Source: Bacteroidota bacterium (GTDB lineage Bacteria > Bacteroidota > Bacteroidia > Cytophagales > UBA9547). From it: 64,000 bases of DNA. Of the stretch, positions 38,955-49,485 are shown one piece after another (positions within the stretch are counted from its first letter, which is position 1; the number at the start of each line of letters is the position of its first letter). The DNA lies in assembly GCA_033763735.1 (NCBI GenBank), contig JANRJY010000081.1, forward strand, positions 911-64,910, read 5' to 3'. The position numbers were made by a program, and so were the translations under genes. Under the pieces are notes generated by a model. It ran no database searches. It was not told where the DNA came from and saw only the letters and a list, made by a program, of their open reading frames with translations.

Positions 38955-41285
38955 CTATTTCAATGTTATTACTTGTTTGCCAGATTTGAGTTTGATGATG
39001 TCATTTTTCCATGACAAAGTGCCGGAAAGATTATCAGGAAGATATATAGATGCGGAAATAGTATTGGATTTGTTTTTTATGTATGAAACAGTTATTACAC
39101 CTTTGGGAGTCGGTATAGAGCCCCTGGCATTATCTAAATAACCCAAATTTGGCAGAATTTTTACGGTGTTGAAACCTTCAGAGCCCGGCTCAACACCCAG
39201 AACAGTTGCTAGCATATCATAAACGGGACTAGCGCTCCAGGCATGGCAATCACTTCGAGTGGGTTCGTCTCTTTCGGCAAATGTGGTTAAACCTAATTGA
39301 AGCATTTTTTTCCAAGGATCAAGTTTGGTTAGATAAAGATCGGACATTTTTGCTTTTTTCATCGCTTGCAGCAAATAGAATTGATAATAATATGAGGCTT
39401 GAATAAGACTTTTATTTTCAAACATGTTTTGAATAAGTTTTTTTTCGTTTTCCAATTTGCATGCTCCGGTCAATATTGCCATTGCTTGTGCATGTTGGCT
39501 GATGGAGTTCACATTGTTCGGAAAATCTGTGAAAAGTTGAAGTTTATCATCCCAATAATATTTTCTTACACTTTCAATAAGTACTTGACTTTCAGTTTTG
39601 TACTGCTGAGATAATTCTTTGTCACCAATTAATTCCATCAAGTTGCTTGATTTTTGAAGTGCCAAAATATATTGAAGTAGATGAACGCAACTTTTTCCGG
39701 TTTTTTCTGCACCCGGAGGCAAACCACTGGCTGTATCCGTACCTACCCATTTCCATTGAGCGGTCCAATCGACAAAGTTCCAGTAAGGTAATCGACCCAA
39801 CAGATTTTCCTTTGTTAATCGCGACTTATGCCAAGAGAGTATTTTTTGAATGGATTGTTTATGCTCTTTTGCAAAATCCAATGCAGGTCGGTGCATGACC
39901 AAATCATGCAACATTACAATATAAAACAGGGAGAATGGAGGGATAATTTGTTGTCCAAATTGATCGGGATATCTGCTTCTGGTAAGACTATCTTTTCCGA
40001 TTGAGTTTTTGAACTCTGTCAATGCTTTTCTGATTAAACGATCATCTTCAAAAGCATAAAGCGAAATGAGTCCTTGAATGCGGGTATCACCTATGTACTG
40101 CAATTGTTCAAAATAAGGACAATCCATATATGTATCAGCGGCACATAATTTGGCCGTTCGAATGCCTACATTCCAGATTTTGGTAAGTTCAGGATCGGAT
40201 GATTGGAATACACCTTTTTCTTCAAACGGGTAACCGGTTGACACAATACTCATGCCATTGATAGTTAAAGGGAAATCATATGTATTAATGGTTATTAGCA
40301 TATACCTGAATGTACGGAAGTACGAGGGAGAGAATGTCCTATTTAATTTTCCATCTGGGATAATTTCATCATAATAACCAAGAAAAAATTTGTTGTTTAT
40401 TGAGTCCCTATGACCTTTGATTTCGTCATTTTGATTTTGTGTTTCATATAAGGACTCGGCATACCTAATTGAAATTCGTGCGTTTGCTGCGCCTGAAAAT
40501 GTAATCACAGGAAATGCGTTGGTTAGCTGTTGATGGTCATATAGTATGCTTATCTTGGACCAATGTCCGATTCTTGTAGGTTGGTTATTTGAAAATAGTT
40601 GCTGAAATGGTTGCGGGTTAATTTCGAAATTATAGTTTTTGACAGATCGAATAACGCCATTAGGCTGAATTTTTAATGATAGCAATGGAATAGGTGATTC
40701 TTTTGCATTTATTACGGTATTGATTTTTGTTGCTGATTTCCAATCGGTATCATCAAAGTTTATTTCTTTCCAACCCCAAGGGTAATATGAGGACATAAAT
40801 TGTTCTCTTGACCCAACATAGATATGGTCCTCAAGTATGGGTGTGGTGGAGGTACATTCCATTGTTTTCCAACTTTCATCTGAATTAATTATTTCAGATT
40901 CGACGTTTTTGCCTTTGATAAAAAGTCCACACATGTTGCTTATTTCGCTTAAGGAGCGATTTGGTCCTCTATTTACTACCTCTACTGCAATGATATTACT
41001 ACCTGACTTTAAATATTGTGCTATATCAATAGTATGACCATACCAATTGTAATGGTCTCCTTTTGAAGGTCCATAGCAAATATATTGTCCATTTATATTG
41101 AGTTTGAATCTTTGGTCAGCCGAAATAAAGATTTCAAAGTTTGTAGGTGCTTTTTTGAAATCAATTTTTTTTCTGAAAAGTTGCGTTTGATATTCGTTAT
41201 TAAGACTGTTTTTGTTGCCTATCCAATATGCATCATTGGCTAGTGTCCAATTTGTAATTATTAAAAGAATCAATAATTTCTTCAT
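38955..41285 (-). CDS. GH78 alpha-L-rhamnosidase
   Basis: SADQRF, YMDCPYFEQLQYIGDTR, FVDW, TTFAE, RSDCHAWS. Confidence 0.9.
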   Translation of the reverse strand: MKKLLILLIITNWTLANDAYWIGNKNSLNNEYQTQLFRKKIDFKKAPTNFEIFISADQRFKLNINGQYICYGPSKGDHYNWYGHTIDIAQYLKSGSNIIAVEVVNRGPNRSLSEISNMCGLFIKGKNVESEIINSDESWKTMECTSTTPILEDHIYVGSREQFMSSYYPWGWKEINFDDTDWKSATKINTVINAKESPIPLLSLKIQPNGVIRSVKNYNFEINPQPFQQLFSNNQPTRIGHWSKISILYDHQQLTNAFPVITFSGAANARISIRYAESLYETQNQNDEIKGHRDSINNKFFLGYYDEIIPDGKLNRTFSPSYFRTFRYMLITINTYDFPLTINGMSIVSTGYPFEEKGVFQSSDPELTKIWNVGIRTAKLCAADTYMDCPYFEQLQYIGDTRIQGLISLYAFEDDRLIRKALTEFKNSIGKDSLTRSRYPDQFGQQIIPPFSLFYIVMLHDLVMHRPALDFAKEHKQSIQKILSWHKSRLTKENLLGRLPYWNFVDWTAQWKWVGTDTASGLPPGAEKTGKSCVHLLQYILALQKSSNLMELIGDKELSQQYKTESQVLIESVRKYYWDDKLQLFTDFPNNVNSISQHAQAMAILTGACKLENEKKLIQNMFENKSLIQASYYYQFYLLQAMKKAKMSDLYLTKLDPWKKMLQLGLTTFAERDEPTRSDCHAWSASPVYDMLATVLGVEPGSEGFNTVKILPNLGYLDNARGSIPTPKGVITVSYIKNKSNTISASIYLPDNLSGTLSWKNDIIKLKSGKQVITLK

Positions 41286-41290
41286 GAAGT

Positions 41291-42886
41291 TTAGTTTAAT
41301 TTCAAGTTGAGTATATCACTTGTTTTCCATCCCAAACGATGTGCCACAAAATATAAGCTATCTGTATTGGGTTTTTGAAATGGTTCTGTATAAATTTTCC
41401 AACTGTCAGCCAATTTAGTTTTGTAAGATACGGTAACACCAGGAACGGTACTTATGAATTTGATAGTGCTCCCTTCGATTATATAATTGGGATTAGGTGT
41501 AATAGGTTGAACTTTATTAGGCCAAAATTGATTGGCTATTTCTGTTTCGGGAATTAATCCTTTATCATTTATTTCAACCATCCAATTGTTTAAAGCGGTT
41601 CTGAGTTCGAGTAATTTGTCTTTATATTCTTTTTGAGTTGCCAGGTTATTCAATTCCCAAGGGTCATTTTTTAGATCAAATAGTTCTTCTGCAGGTTTGT
41701 TTTTGCGCATTACCGTTTTTTGAATTGGAGAAAGTTTATTAAGACTATCCAATAGATACAATTCTTTTACCCCTTCTTGATTTTTGCGGAATTTGATATT
41801 AATAAATTGCTCTTTTTCGGGGTAGAAATTCTTAATGTATTTGAATCGCCCATCATTAACGGCTCTAATACAATCATACTTTTCATCAAATCGATCGGCA
41901 TTGTAAAAGCCATATTTTCTTTTTTCATTTCCCAATAGGTCTTTACCATGCATATATTCAGGTGTTTTGATTCCATAAAAATTTAATATTGTAGGACCTA
42001 AATCCATTAAATAAACCAAATTATCATTTCTTTTCCCTGCTAGTTTTTTATTGGGCATTCTTATGATTAATGGCACTCTTAATCCGGTTTCATATACAGT
42101 TCTTTTGGAACGAGGCAATCCATCTCCATGATCACCGGTAAGAATAATAATTGTGTTTTCAAGCTCTTTATTGTCTTCAAGCATTTTTAAGATTTTGCCT
42201 ATTTTGTGGTCAACAAATTTCAAATTATTGTATTGAGCAATCCAGTCGCCACGGGTTTTGGCAGTTTGCGGTAAATAGGGTGGTACTTTTACTTTAGAAC
42301 TATCAATAAGTAAAGGCACATTGGTTCGGCACCAACTCCAAATTTGAGATTCGTGCGTCTCCCAAAAGTTTATTTGCTTGAAAAAAGGACGTTGTTTGGG
42401 CAACTCATATCGGTCAATTTCATCATTTTTGCTATATTCATCCCATGTGAATGGAGAGGGTTTGAATTGATAATCTGTTTTGTTGGAGCATATGGTATAT
42501 ATGCCATTTTCGCGCAGTATATCAGGGAAACAACGAACTTGTGTAGGCGGAACTACTTCATATACCGGAATGTTCGGAAAATTGGGTTTGCTTTCAATAC
42601 GCATATTATGAGCGCCAATCGCAGAAGGAAACATACCTGTGATAATGGAAGCCCTACTGGGTGCACACACCCCTGTGCATGCATAAGCTTTATCGAATAC
42701 GATGCCTTCTTTAGCCAAACGGCTGATGTTGGGTGTTTCAATGGTATAGTCTCCATAAAAGTCAAAATGAGGGCTCAAATCTTCCAGATCTAACCAAAGA
42801 ACGTTGTAGCGTTTAGTTTCTGCTGATTTGAAACTAAATGTTATGGTTATGACTAAGGCTAATAATATTGATTTTACCAATTTCAT
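41291..42886 (-). CDS. Cys-type sulfatase (S1 family)
   Basis: Signal peptide; VCAPSR, GDHGDG, EELFDLKNDPWE. Confidence 0.93.
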   Translation of the reverse strand: MKLVKSILLALVITITFSFKSAETKRYNVLWLDLEDLSPHFDFYGDYTIETPNISRLAKEGIVFDKAYACTGVCAPSRASIITGMFPSAIGAHNMRIESKPNFPNIPVYEVVPPTQVRCFPDILRENGIYTICSNKTDYQFKPSPFTWDEYSKNDEIDRYELPKQRPFFKQINFWETHESQIWSWCRTNVPLLIDSSKVKVPPYLPQTAKTRGDWIAQYNNLKFVDHKIGKILKMLEDNKELENTIIILTGDHGDGLPRSKRTVYETGLRVPLIIRMPNKKLAGKRNDNLVYLMDLGPTILNFYGIKTPEYMHGKDLLGNEKRKYGFYNADRFDEKYDCIRAVNDGRFKYIKNFYPEKEQFINIKFRKNQEGVKELYLLDSLNKLSPIQKTVMRKNKPAEELFDLKNDPWELNNLATQKEYKDKLLELRTALNNWMVEINDKGLIPETEIANQFWPNKVQPITPNPNYIIEGSTIKFISTVPGVTVSYKTKLADSWKIYTEPFQKPNTDSLYFVAHRLGWKTSDILNLKLN

Positions 42887-44239
42887 TTATTTCGAATTTT
42901 TGTACGTGGGCATTTCGGCATTCATTGCTTTGAGCTGAGCAAAAAGCTCTGTTTTCATTTTTTCTGCCATTTCAGATTGATTTTTTGCCAAATTGTTTGA
43001 TTCCGATATGTCATTTACAATGTCATAAAGTTCAACATGTTTGTCTTCATAAAAATATATTAGTTTCATATTGTCTTTGACAATGGCGGAAGCAGGTCTG
43101 CCTCCTTGATTACTAAAATGTGGGTAGTGCCATATATTCATGAAGTTCTTTTGCAACTGTCTCTTTTTGAGGGATAAATAATCAGAGCTTGACTTAAAAT
43201 CACTTTTGGTTATCAATTCTGCAAAAGTCGGGTAAACATCAGATGTGGTTATTGGATATTTTTCTTCGCCTCTTCGAGACAATGTTGAAGTGGGGTCATA
43301 TATAATAAATGGCACCCTAATGCCTCCTTCGTTCAAGTGTCCTTTGCCATTTTTCAAAGGTGAATTATCTGTAGGTTTCACCCCCAATTCTCGAACCGAA
43401 ACGCCACCATTGTCGGAAGTAAAAACAATAATGGTATTTTCTAACAATTTCAATTCTCTTAATTGCTTTATTAGTTTGCCAATGGCTTCGTCCAAGTGAG
43501 AAACAGTGGCAGCGTACTGAGGGTCGTACTTACCATCGGAAAATTTGTTGTATGTAAAATAATAAGGTGTAACTCTTCGTGGTTCGTTTTGCAAAACCAA
43601 ATGAGGGGCAAAATGTGCTAAATACAGAAAAAAAGGTTGATTCTTGTTATTTTGAATAAATGAATTTGCTTGATCAGCAATAACATCCGTAAGATGTTCA
43701 TTGGTTTTGGATTCGTAAGTGACTTTATTACAGCTTTTTAGTTTGAAATCGTAATAAAAAATGGCATTATCAGCCTGAGCTTCCCAATCAAAGCCATATT
43801 TGCATGGTTGGGATTCATCTGTTTTGCCCAAATGCCATTTGCCTACCATGCCTGTAGTATATCCTTTGGACTTAAATATAGCGGCAATTGAGGTTATGGT
43901 ACTTGGTATTTCATTGACAAAATTGGCAGGTATTAATGTTGAGTTTGTATCTCCTTTTCTACCTTCAAGATAATTAGTTAACTGCAACCGAGCAGGATTC
44001 AAACCTGAAAGAATAGATGCTCTGGATGGCGAACAAACAGGGGCTGGGGCATAGGCTCTTGAATATTTGCATCCCATGGCAGCAAGTGAATCAATATTGG
44101 GTGTTTTGATGTATTTATTCCCATAGCAACCCAAATCGCCATAACCCAAGTCATCAGAAAGAATAAAAATGACATTTGGTTTATTCTGACCAAATAATAA
44201 AGTGTAACAAAATATTAACACAAAACTAAGGTTTTTCAT
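42887..44239 (-). CDS. Cys-type sulfatase (S1 family)
   Basis: DDLGYGD, VCSPSR, GKWHLG, SDNGG, EGGIRVP. Confidence 0.93.
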   Translation of the reverse strand: MKNLSFVLIFCYTLLFGQNKPNVIFILSDDLGYGDLGCYGNKYIKTPNIDSLAAMGCKYSRAYAPAPVCSPSRASILSGLNPARLQLTNYLEGRKGDTNSTLIPANFVNEIPSTITSIAAIFKSKGYTTGMVGKWHLGKTDESQPCKYGFDWEAQADNAIFYYDFKLKSCNKVTYESKTNEHLTDVIADQANSFIQNNKNQPFFLYLAHFAPHLVLQNEPRRVTPYYFTYNKFSDGKYDPQYAATVSHLDEAIGKLIKQLRELKLLENTIIVFTSDNGGVSVRELGVKPTDNSPLKNGKGHLNEGGIRVPFIIYDPTSTLSRRGEEKYPITTSDVYPTFAELITKSDFKSSSDYLSLKKRQLQKNFMNIWHYPHFSNQGGRPASAIVKDNMKLIYFYEDKHVELYDIVNDISESNNLAKNQSEMAEKMKTELFAQLKAMNAEMPTYKNSK

Positions 44240-45092
44240 CTTTTGCACATCTAAATCCCAAATGTATTAATGAAGTTTCGCTCGAACAAAAATTGCGCGC
44301 AAACACCTGATATCCATGACAAACATTACTATCACATAGAAATGAGCCACCTCTAATTACTTTGTCTGTATTTACCATTTCAATAGGTTCTGGATTATTT
44401 GGGTACATGGTGTATGTATTCGAACACCATTGCCATACATTTCCACCCATATCAGTAAGACCTGAATTATTTTCGCCAAAATACCCCACTGGTGAAGTAT
44501 ACAAAAAACCGTCTTCAATTGTGTTTGTATCCGGGAAAACACCTTGCCAAGCATTGGCATTCCACTTGCCATTGGTGGTTGCATTTACACCCCAGCTATA
44601 TTTTTCGTTTTCATTAAATCGAGCTGCAAATTCCCATTCCTCTTCCGTGGGCAATCGCATTTTTTTCCATGCACAATAGGCACAAGCATCATTCCACGAC
44701 ACTTGTGTAACCGGGTGATTGTCAATTGATTTGTCTTTATTTTTACCAAAAGGATATTCCCAATTAGCACCATCCACCATTATCCAATCTTTGGATTTCA
44801 AATCAAATACGCCTGAATTACCAAACCTTTCTGCATCTGTTTTGTAATCTGTTACCTTAACAAACGCTCTAAATTCTGCAACTGTAACAGGTGATTTTTG
44901 TAAATAAAATGATTTAACATGTACTTGATGTTGAGGGATTTCGTTGATTTTGCAATTGTTTCCTACACAACCAAAAGTGGCCTTTCCTCCTTCGAAATAT
45001 ACCATGCCTATTTCCTCTTTCTTATGTTCACATGAAAAGAACAAAAGAAGCAAAGGAGAAAGTAAACAAAGGCTTCGACTAAGAAAATCCAC
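44226..45092 (-). CDS. Formylglycine-generating enzyme (SUMF1/FGE), lipoprotein
   Basis: HPVTQVSWNDA, RLPTEEEWEFAA, DMGGNVWQW, RGGSFLCDSNVCHGY; lipobox FFSC. Confidence 0.9.
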   Translation of the reverse strand: MDFLSRSLCLLSPLLLLFFSCEHKKEEIGMVYFEGGKATFGCVGNNCKINEIPQHQVHVKSFYLQKSPVTVAEFRAFVKVTDYKTDAERFGNSGVFDLKSKDWIMVDGANWEYPFGKNKDKSIDNHPVTQVSWNDACAYCAWKKMRLPTEEEWEFAARFNENEKYSWGVNATTNGKWNANAWQGVFPDTNTIEDGFLYTSPVGYFGENNSGLTDMGGNVWQWCSNTYTMYPNNPEPIEMVNTDKVIRGGSFLCDSNVCHGYQVFARNFCSSETSLIHLGFRCAKDEKP

Positions 45093-47500
45093 TATTGATT
45101 GATTGAATTTGCACCAGAATTTAAAATAGTTTCCTTATTGTTCCACACAAAGGTTCCTTTTAGTCCTTCCGGCAAAGTAATTTTTCCAGAAATGCCCGAT
45201 GCTCCCGTTTTCTTCAAATCCATACTAATTTCTCCTTTGTAATGTGGAAAGGTCGATTTGATAAAACTCAAATCGCCCATTTGGGGCTCTATTTTTACTG
45301 ATTTAAAACCAATTTCAGCTGACTGAATGCCACACACTACACTGAAAAAAGCCATTGCAGGGCTCGTACTCCAAGGATGAGCATCCGAACGTTGTCCTAG
45401 ATTTGGATCCAATGGCACTTCAGTTGTGGTTGTTAGCCCGTTGTCTAACAGTTTGTACCATGGTTTTAGAGCTTCATTGAACATATTGCCTGCTTTTGCT
45501 TTGGTCATGGCATTGAACATATTGAACCTATAATACAAACCTGCTTGGTCCATAGATGTATCTGGAATTATTTTTTCGAGTAGCGCTTTTTGTTTTTCCA
45601 CAGGAATGGTGTTGGTCATCACAGCCATTAGATTGGGTCGTTGGCATTTGAATGTTTTGGCAGGGTCTTCAAAATAAGTACCTGATTTTTCATCAAAACA
45701 GGATTTATTCACGTTTTCTTGAAGCTTTTTGGCTTTTTCTGCAAACTGATTCGCTTCGTAAGTTTTGCCACAATAGGCAAATATTCGCGAAGCATTTTGT
45801 AAGGAATAAATATAATGAAGAGTGATTACTGCAGAATTCCCTTCTTTGGACACTTTGGCTGTACCACCATTCCCTTCACCTTTTACTTTTCTGTACCAAT
45901 CCACAAAATAAGGCCATTCGCTTTTCCCTAACAGCCCATTCTCATTGACGTGATTTTCAAACCAATACAAGCTTTGTTGAATATTTGATAATTGATTATT
46001 TACAAAAGATTTATCATCCACATGCATCATGTAATCATATACCATATCTATCCAAATCAAGGTAAAGGTAGGGTGAACGAACGTAGCCCTGAGTGGATAA
46101 CAACTGGTGATCATTCCATCAGGCATACGAGAATAATTAAATTGTTCGATTGCATTGCGCATCCAAATAGATTCTCCAGTCAAATATAGATTGGTCATTG
46201 CATGTACCCTGCTATCTCCCACATATTGCATTTGTTCGTAATAGGCATCACTTACAAGATTGTCTTGCGTGCAGATGCGAGCAGTACGCCAACAGATATC
46301 CATGATTTTGTCATAACTGGGATTGTCTGATTTAAAAGATGCTTTTTTTGTTATTGGAGCTCCTGTATACACATTGAAATAATCATTGATGGTAACTGCC
46401 TCGCTTTTGGTTTGGATTTCTACTTGAATAAATCGGAAAGCTTTGAACCAAGTTGGTTTAAATACACGGTTAGCACCTCCATCAAGTACATATTTGTCGT
46501 ATAACCCAATTACGACCTGACCTTCAATATCATTTCTATTTCTTCGGGTTTTGTCTTTGTTGTATAAATTCTCAGCATAAGTAATTTTAAAAACGGCATC
46601 TTTTCCTCCAGTTATTTTCATTTCGGGAAATCCCAAAGTCAAATAAGTTTGATCAATCAAGAAAGAAGCTGAGGAATTTGCAGGAATTGTAATTCCTTTT
46701 TGACCTTTTAAAAACAATGGGTCAACAACTACATTTTGGGCACGCACAATTTTTGTGAATCGCTCAATGGTATCCTTTTGCAAAGGCGTAGTTCTAGGTT
46801 TTAATATCCAATTAAAAGACCCACCCCATGCGGCAGGACCAGCGAGCCATTTGGCTTTTTTCCACTGACTATCATCATAATCAATATTTTTCCAGTCCCA
46901 TGGAAAATAATTGGCATTAAGGCTATCTCCAGGATTGGACGCATAAAAACCACCTACAATATCCACTCCATACATCCAATTAGGGTGCTTTGGTGAATAC
47001 CCTTTATTAACCGAAACTTTCCAAGTCTTGTCCTCCGTGTTTATGATTCTTTCGTTTTCAGTAAATCCATTGATTAATAAACCAGTCTTTGCTGATATAA
47101 TACCAAAAAACCGATCGGGACCCCAATTGACTACATCTACACAAATACTGTTTTTGCCTACATTCAGATAACGAGCAATATCCACTGTCTCAAACCTCCA
47201 ATGTCGAATGTCTGAAAGTTGAGGCCCGTAACAAACTTGTTTGCCATTGACATAAAGTCTATAACGATTATCTGCTGTGATATTAATGATATATTGAACA
47301 GGCTTTTTATCTAACTCCAATATTTTTCTGAATAAAACAACGTTATAATCATTCAGTGAAATATCAGGATGGGTAATCCATGCACAATTCCACTTTTCGG
47401 GCATATATTTGGCTACGGGCACATTTAATTCCTGAGCATAAATCAGTGTGAGAAAACCAAAACCCATAAAACAACTAAGGAATAAATATCTCATATACAA
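45092..47500 (-). CDS. GH78 alpha-L-rhamnosidase
   Basis: TADNRYRLYVNG, DAYYEQMQYVGDSR, FVDW, TTTE, RSDAHPWS. Confidence 0.9.
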   Translation of the reverse strand: MYMRYLFLSCFMGFGFLTLIYAQELNVPVAKYMPEKWNCAWITHPDISLNDYNVVLFRKILELDKKPVQYIINITADNRYRLYVNGKQVCYGPQLSDIRHWRFETVDIARYLNVGKNSICVDVVNWGPDRFFGIISAKTGLLINGFTENERIINTEDKTWKVSVNKGYSPKHPNWMYGVDIVGGFYASNPGDSLNANYFPWDWKNIDYDDSQWKKAKWLAGPAAWGGSFNWILKPRTTPLQKDTIERFTKIVRAQNVVVDPLFLKGQKGITIPANSSASFLIDQTYLTLGFPEMKITGGKDAVFKITYAENLYNKDKTRRNRNDIEGQVVIGLYDKYVLDGGANRVFKPTWFKAFRFIQVEIQTKSEAVTINDYFNVYTGAPITKKASFKSDNPSYDKIMDICWRTARICTQDNLVSDAYYEQMQYVGDSRVHAMTNLYLTGESIWMRNAIEQFNYSRMPDGMITSCYPLRATFVHPTFTLIWIDMVYDYMMHVDDKSFVNNQLSNIQQSLYWFENHVNENGLLGKSEWPYFVDWYRKVKGEGNGGTAKVSKEGNSAVITLHYIYSLQNASRIFAYCGKTYEANQFAEKAKKLQENVNKSCFDEKSGTYFEDPAKTFKCQRPNLMAVMTNTIPVEKQKALLEKIIPDTSMDQAGLYYRFNMFNAMTKAKAGNMFNEALKPWYKLLDNGLTTTTEVPLDPNLGQRSDAHPWSTSPAMAFFSVVCGIQSAEIGFKSVKIEPQMGDLSFIKSTFPHYKGEISMDLKKTGASGISGKITLPEGLKGTFVWNNKETILNSGANSINQ

Positions 47501-47800
47501 GTGTATTAATTGGTATTTAATTAAAACAAAGTATGATAATTATCTGCAAAATCCCAAATAATTTTTATATAACTTGTTGAAATACAAATATTTAAAAGTT
47601 TTGATTTGAATTTAAAGAACGAAGAATACTTTAAATTTTAATTTATATTCAATTCTTTAGGCTAATCCTTAATAATAAGGTATTGTACTTAATTCTCAGT
47701 AACACCTTTTTGATTATTATTCCTTCATTATATAATTCTTCCTTTTTCACTCCACTGATGAATTTGTGTAAAATTAAAATATGCAAAATATTTCATTGCT

Positions 47801-49231
47801 TTAATTATTTACAATTTCCTTCCAGTATACAAAGTCAGGACATTCTGGTTTTTCAGACATTTGTTCCATAATATTTTTTAGTTGCTCCACTTTTTCAGTA
47901 TTTTTCTCGGCAAGATTGGTACTTTCTGAAACATCATTTTCAATATCAAATAATTCGATTAGAGCAGGTTTGCCCGGCAATTTGGTTCTCACAAGTTTCC
48001 AGTTACCTACCATTACCGCTTGATTAAATAGCTTGGACCAAACAATATAATTTTCCCAATAAAATGCTCTTTCGGGAAGCCTTGCCTGATCATTTTTAAG
48101 TATTTGATGAAATGACGTTCCATCATTTTTGGGCAATACAATAGTACCGCTCAATGTGGCTAAGGTTGGCATTACATCCCAAAATGAAATAGGCACATTT
48201 GAAATTGAATTTGGCTTTACTCTTCCCGGTCCCCATACAATAAAAGGAGAACGAATTCCTCCTTCGTACAAATCTCTTTTAACACCCCTAAGTCCGGCAG
48301 TTGAATTGAAGAACTGGGGATCATTGCCTCCTTCCACATGCACACCATTGTCGCTAGCAAACATGATAATGGTGTTGCTGTCAATTCTTAAATCAACCAA
48401 CAAATCCACAATTGAGCCTACATCCGCATCGAGTTTGGATACCATGCTTGCATATGCAGCTTTGGGCATGGGTTGCGCATGATAGCTTCCATTGCCTTTT
48501 GGATCAAATTCGGTTTCTAAGAAAATACTTTGACCACTTTTGTCAGTATATTGATTCATGTATTTTTTTGGAATAAGCAATTCAGCATGAGGTAATCCTG
48601 TTGACAAATACAGAAAGAATGGACGTTGTTTATTTTCGCGAATAAATTTTTTGGATTCAAACACTATCAAATCTTCGGTGAATGCAGCTGCGGAAATTCG
48701 CTCAGGAAATAGCGTACCATCTTTCACTCTCCATAAAGAATCCGTAAAATGATGATGTGCATGCACTTGATTAAGATATCCATAAAACGAATCCCATCCT
48801 TGTTTTTCGGGTGAACCGGATGTTCCTTCTACACCCAATCCCCATTTGCCGAACATTCCTGTTTTGTATCCGGCTGTTTTTAAAACTTCAGCAAGAGTAG
48901 TGTCTTTATCTCTCAAGGCAATTCCTTGGCCCGGAGGTAGTTTGTCAGAAGGGTCGTTGGAGCGAATATAGGCATGTCCCATGTGTTTCCCTGTCATTAA
49001 TGCACAACGGGAAGGAGCGCAAACCGTGTTGCCACAATAAGCTCTGTTAAATTTCATCCCTTGTTGAGCCAGAGTTGCCAAGCGGGGTGTTTTGATGATG
49101 GATTGTCCATAAGGTTCAATGTCGCCATATCCCAAATCATCGGCCAAAATAAATATGATATTTGGTTTTCGTTGTGCCGATAACTCACTGAATTGTACTA
49201 ACACAATCAGGATATAAATGAATAAACGCAT
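47801..49231 (-). CDS. Cys-type arylsulfatase (S1 family)
   Basis: KPNIIFILADDLGYGD, VCAPSR, GKWGLG, SDNG, EGGIRSP. Confidence 0.94.
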   Translation of the reverse strand: MRLFIYILIVLVQFSELSAQRKPNIIFILADDLGYGDIEPYGQSIIKTPRLATLAQQGMKFNRAYCGNTVCAPSRCALMTGKHMGHAYIRSNDPSDKLPPGQGIALRDKDTTLAEVLKTAGYKTGMFGKWGLGVEGTSGSPEKQGWDSFYGYLNQVHAHHHFTDSLWRVKDGTLFPERISAAAFTEDLIVFESKKFIRENKQRPFFLYLSTGLPHAELLIPKKYMNQYTDKSGQSIFLETEFDPKGNGSYHAQPMPKAAYASMVSKLDADVGSIVDLLVDLRIDSNTIIMFASDNGVHVEGGNDPQFFNSTAGLRGVKRDLYEGGIRSPFIVWGPGRVKPNSISNVPISFWDVMPTLATLSGTIVLPKNDGTSFHQILKNDQARLPERAFYWENYIVWSKLFNQAVMVGNWKLVRTKLPGKPALIELFDIENDVSESTNLAEKNTEKVEQLKNIMEQMSEKPECPDFVYWKEIVNN

Positions 49232-49485
49232 GTATTTTAGAATAAATATTTAATAAAAAGGAAAACAAAAATAATTAATAAGGTAACATTAAAAAAATTT
49301 GATATTAGTAGATTCTTTAAATTACTTTTATTGTAATTTCAATCTGTTTATAATCCAATATTTAATACACATTATGCTTATTACAAATAACCAAATATAA
49401 TATTTAATAAGTTAATATATTTCTATTCCAATTAGTATATTCGAGACTATAACTAAAAACATCATGAATTCAATTCTTAATTATT

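Noticed and set aside
47501-47800. Possible gene remnant between the arylsulfatase and GH78
   Set aside because: Short frames with no recognisable motif; looks like AT-rich promoter DNA
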